Source: Vicinamibacteria bacterium
GTDB lineage: Bacteria > Acidobacteriota > Vicinamibacteria > Marinacidobacterales > Marinacidobacteraceae
Assembly (NCBI GenBank): GCA_965199715.1
Contig: OZ241322.1
Span: 416,001-480,000, forward strand
Direction: 5' to 3'
Length of the DNA stretch: 64,000 nt
Below, one piece after another: positions 56,756 to 64,000 of the stretch; the first letter of the stretch is position 1, and every line of letters begins with the position of its first letter. A program made the translations under genes and the position numbers. The notes under the pieces were generated by a model. That model made no database searches, was not told the origin of the DNA, and saw only the letters and a list, made by a program, of their open reading frames with translations.

Positions 56756-57848
56756 CCGGGCCGAGCAGCGTTCCCGGCGGCAAGACTGCTCCCGCCGGAA
56801 CCTCGACCCCGTCGCCGAGGCACGCCCCGATCTTCGCCGCGCCCCCGGGGCGCGCCAGGTGGTCGAGCACGCGGATCCGCTCCACCGGCCCGCTCTCGAG
56901 CCGCGCTCGGGCTCCCACCCGGGCGCCGAAGCCGAGGACGCTGTCGCGGACCACGGCCCCGGACCCCACCTCGGCGCCGTCGAGCAGCGCCGCCCGCTCG
57001 AGGACCGCCCCCGCGCCGACCCGCGCCCCCGCGCCGAGCGCGATGGGCCCGAGGATGCGGGCGTCGGGGTGCAGGACGGCGCCGGGCCCCATGGTCACCG
57101 GGACGCCCCCGACGTCGCGCCACTCGAGCCCCACGGCCCGCGCCCGCACGCCCCCGTCGGCGAAGAGCGGGACGACGCGCCCGATCAGGTCCCACGCGTA
57201 CGTCAGCGGCACCCACGGCCGCTCGGAGCGAACCACCCGCACGCCCCGCTCCCGAACCAGGATCCGCAGCAGGTCCGGCAGCTCCAATTCGCCCCGGACG
57301 CTCTCCCCCACCTCGCCGAGGCAGTCGAGGTCCACCCGGTCGAGCGAGTAGGCGCCGATGCTGGAGAGCTCCCGCGGGCGGGCCTCCGGGGGTTTCTCCA
57401 CCACGTCCACGAGGCGTCCGTCCGGGGTGACCTCGACCACGGCCCGGTTCCAGGGATCGGAAGCCGGTTTCACGAGGATGGCCGGCCGGGTTCCGGTGAC
57501 CCGCCGGAGATCGTCGGCGTGGTAGAAGTCGTCGCCGTTGATGACCAGCGCTGGGCCGGTCAGCGCGTCGCGCGCCGCCCGCAGCGCGTCGGCGGTGCCG
57601 CGGGCGACCCGCTGCTCGACGGGCCGCAGCCGTAGCCGTCGCCACTTCGTTCCGAAGTGCGCGAGGATTTCCTCCTTCCGGTACCCGACGACGAGGATCG
57701 CCTCGTCCACGACCTCCTGGAGCTGGTCCAGCACCCGTTCCGCGAGGGGACGCCCCCAAAGCGGCAGTAGCGGCTTCGGCGTCCTGCCGGTGAGAGGCCA
57801 CGTCCGGCGGGATCTCCCGGCGAGCAGGATGACCGCGGTCGGCTTCAT
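56739..57848 (-). CDS. Sugar-phosphate nucleotidyltransferase/acetyltransferase (GlmU-like)
   Basis: [39 protein letters not shown] and hexapeptide repeats. Confidence 0.82.
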   Translation of the reverse strand: MKPTAVILLAGRSRRTWPLTGRTPKPLLPLWGRPLAERVLDQLQEVVDEAILVVGYRKEEILAHFGTKWRRLRLRPVEQRVARGTADALRAARDALTGPALVINGDDFYHADDLRRVTGTRPAILVKPASDPWNRAVVEVTPDGRLVDVVEKPPEARPRELSSIGAYSLDRVDLDCLGEVGESVRGELELPDLLRILVRERGVRVVRSERPWVPLTYAWDLIGRVVPLFADGGVRARAVGLEWRDVGGVPVTMGPGAVLHPDARILGPIALGAGARVGAGAVLERAALLDGAEVGSGAVVRDSVLGFGARVGARARLESGPVERIRVLDHLARPGGAAKIGACLGDGVEVPAGAVLPPGTLLGPVSPTA

Positions 57849-57865
57849 GAGGCGAAGGACGCGCT

Positions 57866-57874
57866 TGCTATGCT
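57866..57874 (+). promoter_or_regulatory. Extended -10 element (TGCTATGCT) for metK
   Basis: TGnTAnnnT about 105 nt before the metK start. Confidence 0.45.
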
Positions 57875-57980
57875 CCGCGCCCGCAACCGGGCCGCCGAGC
57901 GCTTCGGGAGTCGCCCGGATTCCGGGGCCCGCCCCCACGAGCAGCGCATTCGGGCGCGGCGCGAGTCAGGAGGAGCCCCG

Positions 57981-59127
57981 TTGGACCCCGGCCGATCCGA
58001 AGAACCCCGCCTGTTCACCTCCGAGTCGGTGACGGAGGGCCATCCGGACAAGGTGGCGGACCAGATTTCGGACGCCATTCTCGACCTCCACCTGAAGCGG
58101 GATCCGGGAGCCCGGGTCGCCTGCGAGACGCTCGTCACGGCGGGAACGGTACTCGTCGCGGGCGAGACCGCCTCATCCGCGCCTCCGGACGACGACGAGC
58201 TGCGAGCGGTCATCCGGAACGCGATCCGGCGGATCGGATACGTAGGGCGGGACGATTCGTTCGATGCCGATTCGGTCGAGATCTCCATCCGGCTGGGCCG
58301 CCAGGCGTCGGACATCGCCATGGGCGTGGACACCGGGGGCGCCGGCGACCAGGGGATGATGTTCGGGTTCGCGTGCGACGAGACCCCCGAGCTCATGCCG
58401 CTCGCGATCACGCTGGCGCACCGGCTGACCCGGAGACTCGCCGAAGTCCGCCGCAGCGGGCTCGTCCCGTCGCTGGGGCCCGACGGGAAGTCCCAGGTGA
58501 CCGTGGCCTGCGACGGGGACGGCCGGCCGCGGTCGGTCCCGGTCGTCGTCGTGTCCTCGCAGCACGCCCCGGGGACGGGCCGGCAGGTCGTGCTGGACAT
58601 CGAGGAGCACGTCGTCCGCTGTGTCGTCGAACCCGGCCTCCGGGGGACGCCGTTCCGGATTCTGGTGAACCCCACCGGCGCGTTCGAGCAGGGCGGCCCC
58701 GCCGCCGACTGCGGGCTTACCGGCCGGAAGATCATCGTGGACACCTACGGCGGAATGGCCCGGCACGGCGGGGGCGCGTTTTCCGGCAAGGATCCGACCA
58801 AGGTGGACCGGTCCGCAGCGTACATGGCGCGCCACGTAGCCAAGAACGTCGTGGCCGCCGGCCTCGCCCGCCGCGCCGAGGTCCAGTTGGCCTACGCCAT
58901 CGGCCGAGCGGATCCGGTCTCGGTGCGGGTGGACACCTTCGGCACCGGCGTCCGCGCCGACGCCAACCTCGAGGCCGCGGTGCGGCGCGTGTTCGGCCTG
59001 ACCCCGCGCGAGATCATCGAGGCGCTGGACCTGCGGCGGCCGATCTACGAGACCACCGCCAGCGGCGGCCATTTCGGGCGCTCCGGCCCCGAGTTCACTT
59101 GGGAGCGCACCCACCGCGCGGCGGACC

Positions 59128-59147
<20 letters not shown>
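57981..59147 (+). CDS. metK: S-adenosylmethionine synthetase
   Basis: [33 protein letters not shown] and [16 protein letters not shown]; AGGAGG RBS then TTG 57981. Confidence 0.97.
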
Positions 59148-61968
<2,821 letters not shown>

Positions 61969-61982
61969 CATCGGAGCGCACC

Positions 61983-62345
61983 GTGGCCGGACGGAACCGC
62001 TCGAAGTCGCTCGCCCAGTCCGCGAGGGCGCTCCTCGCCGACGCGCATTCCCTCATGCGCGACCCGCGCCGGCTGACGCGGGCGCTGGTGCTTCTCGCGG
62101 TCGCCGTCTGGGTGCTGGCCGGCGGCGTCGGGGGGATGCAGCGGCGGGACGAGGCCCGCGAGCGGTTCGAGCGCATGTCGGAGACGGTGGCGGCGCTGAA
62201 GGTGGAGCGCCATCGACTCCGCGCCGAGGTGCGCAGCCTCGAGGAAGACCCCGCGGCCCTCGAGCTCCTCGCGAAGTCCGCGCACGACCTCGCGGCGCCG
62301 GACGAGATCGTGGTGCTGCTGCCGGACGATCCGCCGATTCACTGA
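61983..62345 (+). CDS. FtsB/DivIC septum formation initiator family protein
   Basis: One TM helix, coiled coil and EDPAALELLAKSAHDLAAPDEIVV. Confidence 0.75.
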   Translation: MAGRNRSKSLAQSARALLADAHSLMRDPRRLTRALVLLAVAVWVLAGGVGGMQRRDEARERFERMSETVAALKVERHRLRAEVRSLEEDPAALELLAKSAHDLAAPDEIVVLLPDDPPIH

Positions 62346-63022
62346 AACGTCAGCGTCAGCGGAACGAGTTCCCCGCTCCGGTCCACGAGGATCTGCAGCT
62401 CGTCGGCGGTCTGGAACCGCTGCACCAGCACCGCGAGCGATTCGACGCCGCGGACTTCCCGGCCGTTGACGCTCAGCAGAACGTCTCCGGGAACGAGGCC
62501 GGTCTCGCCGAGTACCGTGTCCATGGGGAACGACACCAGCTCCAGTCCCGCCGACTCGCTTCCCACGATCCGGGGCACTACGGTGGAGCCCGACAGGATC
62601 CGCGGCAACTCCGATGGGAGCCGCAGCCGGACCTCGTCCCTCGAGAGCGTCCGCGCCGCCGGTTCCCCCTCCGGAGCCGGCTCGGGCGCGGGTGTCGGCG
62701 GTTCGGGAGCCGGCGGCTCGGGAACCGGAACCGGAGGCGGGCCGGCGGACCGGAGCTCCGCGCCCGGCGCCGCCAGATCGAGCGCGACCGCCCCCGCTGG
62801 GCCGACGAGGCGGAGCGTCTCGCCCGCGCGCGCCTCCAGAACGTAGCCCCGGCACGACTCCCCGATCTCAAGTCGGCATCCGGGACCGCGCGCGAACTCG
62901 AGGAGTACCAGCTCCCGCTCCCCCTGCCAGACCGCGCCGGCGAAGCGAACGTCCTCGGCCTGGGCGCCGGCCAGCGCGAGCCAGAAGACGACTCCGGCGG
63001 GTACCACGGCGCCCGAGAGCAT
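62339..63022 (-). CDS. GspC-like PDZ-domain protein
   Basis: Signal or TM segment, HR-like region, Pro-rich linker and GLVPGDVLLSVNG PDZ motif. Confidence 0.65.
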   Translation of the reverse strand: MLSGAVVPAGVVFWLALAGAQAEDVRFAGAVWQGERELVLLEFARGPGCRLEIGESCRGYVLEARAGETLRLVGPAGAVALDLAAPGAELRSAGPPPVPVPEPPAPEPPTPAPEPAPEGEPAARTLSRDEVRLRLPSELPRILSGSTVVPRIVGSESAGLELVSFPMDTVLGETGLVPGDVLLSVNGREVRGVESLAVLVQRFQTADELQILVDRSGELVPLTLTFQ

Positions 63023-63122
63023 AGGGCGGCGAGCTAGACTGTCGGCCGACAGCGGTTTCGATCCGGCCCGCGCCGGAGACGCAGCGCCGCCCCGGCCCTC
63101 TTGGCGGGGTGTTGGGGCGCGG

Positions 63123-64000
63123 TTGCGGCGGCGAGATGAGCGGCCCGGCTCGAGGCCCGGATCCCGGCTTCGGGACCCGGTTCCGCCGAGACGGCGGACC
63201 CGCCGGTTCCGGGGCCAAGCGCCCGATTCTCCGGGCTCCTCCCCGCGGTCGCGAGGGCGAATCCGGAGGTCCCCGAATCCCCGCCGCCCGAAGACGATCT
63301 CCCCAAGCCGAACGCCGAATCGAATCCCTGCCCCCCGACTCCTCCTCGGCTCCTGGCCCGCCCGGGCGCTGCTCGTGGTGGGAGCGACCTGGATCCTCGC
63401 GTTCGCCGGCGTCCTGCCCGTCGCTTGGAGCGGCGGAGCCGGCCTCGTCGCGCTCGTCACGACGCTCGCGGTGACGGCGTGGTACGCCCGCGACATCGCC
63501 CAGTGGCTGCTGTTTCCGGTGAAGCGGAAGCTGTGGATCTCCTACGTGCTGGGCGGCCTCCTCCCGCTCGCGTTCCTGAGCGCCTTCTTCCTGTTGGCGT
63601 TCTACGTGATCCTCGGCCTGTTCGGGTACTACGCGCTGCAGGCCAACCTCAACGCGCGCGGCGCGGCGCTCACCCGGGCGGCCGACCGGATCCTCATCGA
63701 GGCGCCGCCGGACGCTTCGGACGCGGTCCTCGGCGGGCTCCTCGAGGACGCGGCCGAGCGCGTCAGCGATCTCGCTCCCGGCGCGACGGCGTGGTATCTC
63801 GAACACGAGGACCGGCGCCTCACCCGCGTGGTCGGCTCCAGCGACGCGCCCCCGTTCTCCGGCTCCAGCGCGCTTCCCGAATGGGCGCTCGTCCCCTACG
63901 AGGGCGTGGTCCGCACCCGCGACGGCGAGTGGTTCGGCGCGCTCTCTCCGGGGCCCGCCGGAACCGTCCTGGTCATGGCCCCGCTCGCCCCCATGCTGCA
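63123..64000 (+). CDS. Membrane protein, runs off the window edge (possibly a HAMP/SpoIIE-type sensor); start uncertain
   Basis: Open frame to the window end with TM helices and VKRKLWISYVLGGLLPL; catalytic domain not visible. Confidence 0.5.
   Translation, partial: MRRRDERPGSRPGSRLRDPVPPRRRTRRFRGQAPDSPGSSPRSRGRIRRSPNPRRPKTISPSRTPNRIPAPRLLLGSWPARALLVVGATWILAFAGVLPVAWSGGAGLVALVTTLAVTAWYARDIAQWLLFPVKRKLWISYVLGGLLPLAFLSAFFLLAFYVILGLFGYYALQANLNARGAALTRAADRILIEAPPDASDAVLGGLLEDAAERVSDLAPGATAWYLEHEDRRLTRVVGSSDAPPFSGSSALPEWALVPYEGVVRTRDGEWFGALSPGPAGTVLVMAPLAPML

Noticed and set aside
57875-57959. 9-bp long-range inverted repeat (ccgcgcccg/cgggcgcgg) as a riboswitch P1 stem
   Set aside because: Most of the 5' arm lies upstream of the predicted TSS, and such matches are common at this GC content.

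Overview
Very GC-rich bacterial chromosomal segment. An Acidobacteriota origin is my inference from gene content (fused LptF-LptG, VPS10/BNR hydrolase, bshA, 7TM-HD protein), not a search result. I can support about 52 CDS and see no rRNA, tRNA, CRISPR array, transposase, integrase or phage gene. The first ~22 kb is accessory: metal-binding protein, YbaK, SDR, ppk1, RibD-C/MDR pair, membrane hydrolase, cupin, EndoV/ATL, GH109, two amidohydrolases, VPS10 protein, NCS2 permease, UdgB, a broken DUF523-DUF1722 gene and bshA. The rest is housekeeping: phoH-HD-ybeY-corC-era-mgtE-recO-glyQS-mutL, purC, rimP-nusA-infB-DUF503-rbfA-truB-rpsO-pnp, smc-murU-amgK-asnS-rimO, lptFG, metK-valS-ftsB. The most notable items are: (1) NusA with ~8 near-identical 19-aa Arg/Asp repeats (57-bp tandem array) at its C-terminus; (2) EndoV and ATL head-to-head 18 bp apart around one overlapping bidirectional -10 element; (3) an NCS2 permease fused to a degenerate RsbW-like domain that carries a 72-bp in-frame duplication; (4) repeated leaderless-type -10 boxes; (5) apparent non-canonical ATT/CTG starts in the nusA-infB operon. 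I cannot claim a complete novel multi-gene system from sequence alone. Product calls come from motif recognition by eye, and several start codons are my own picks.
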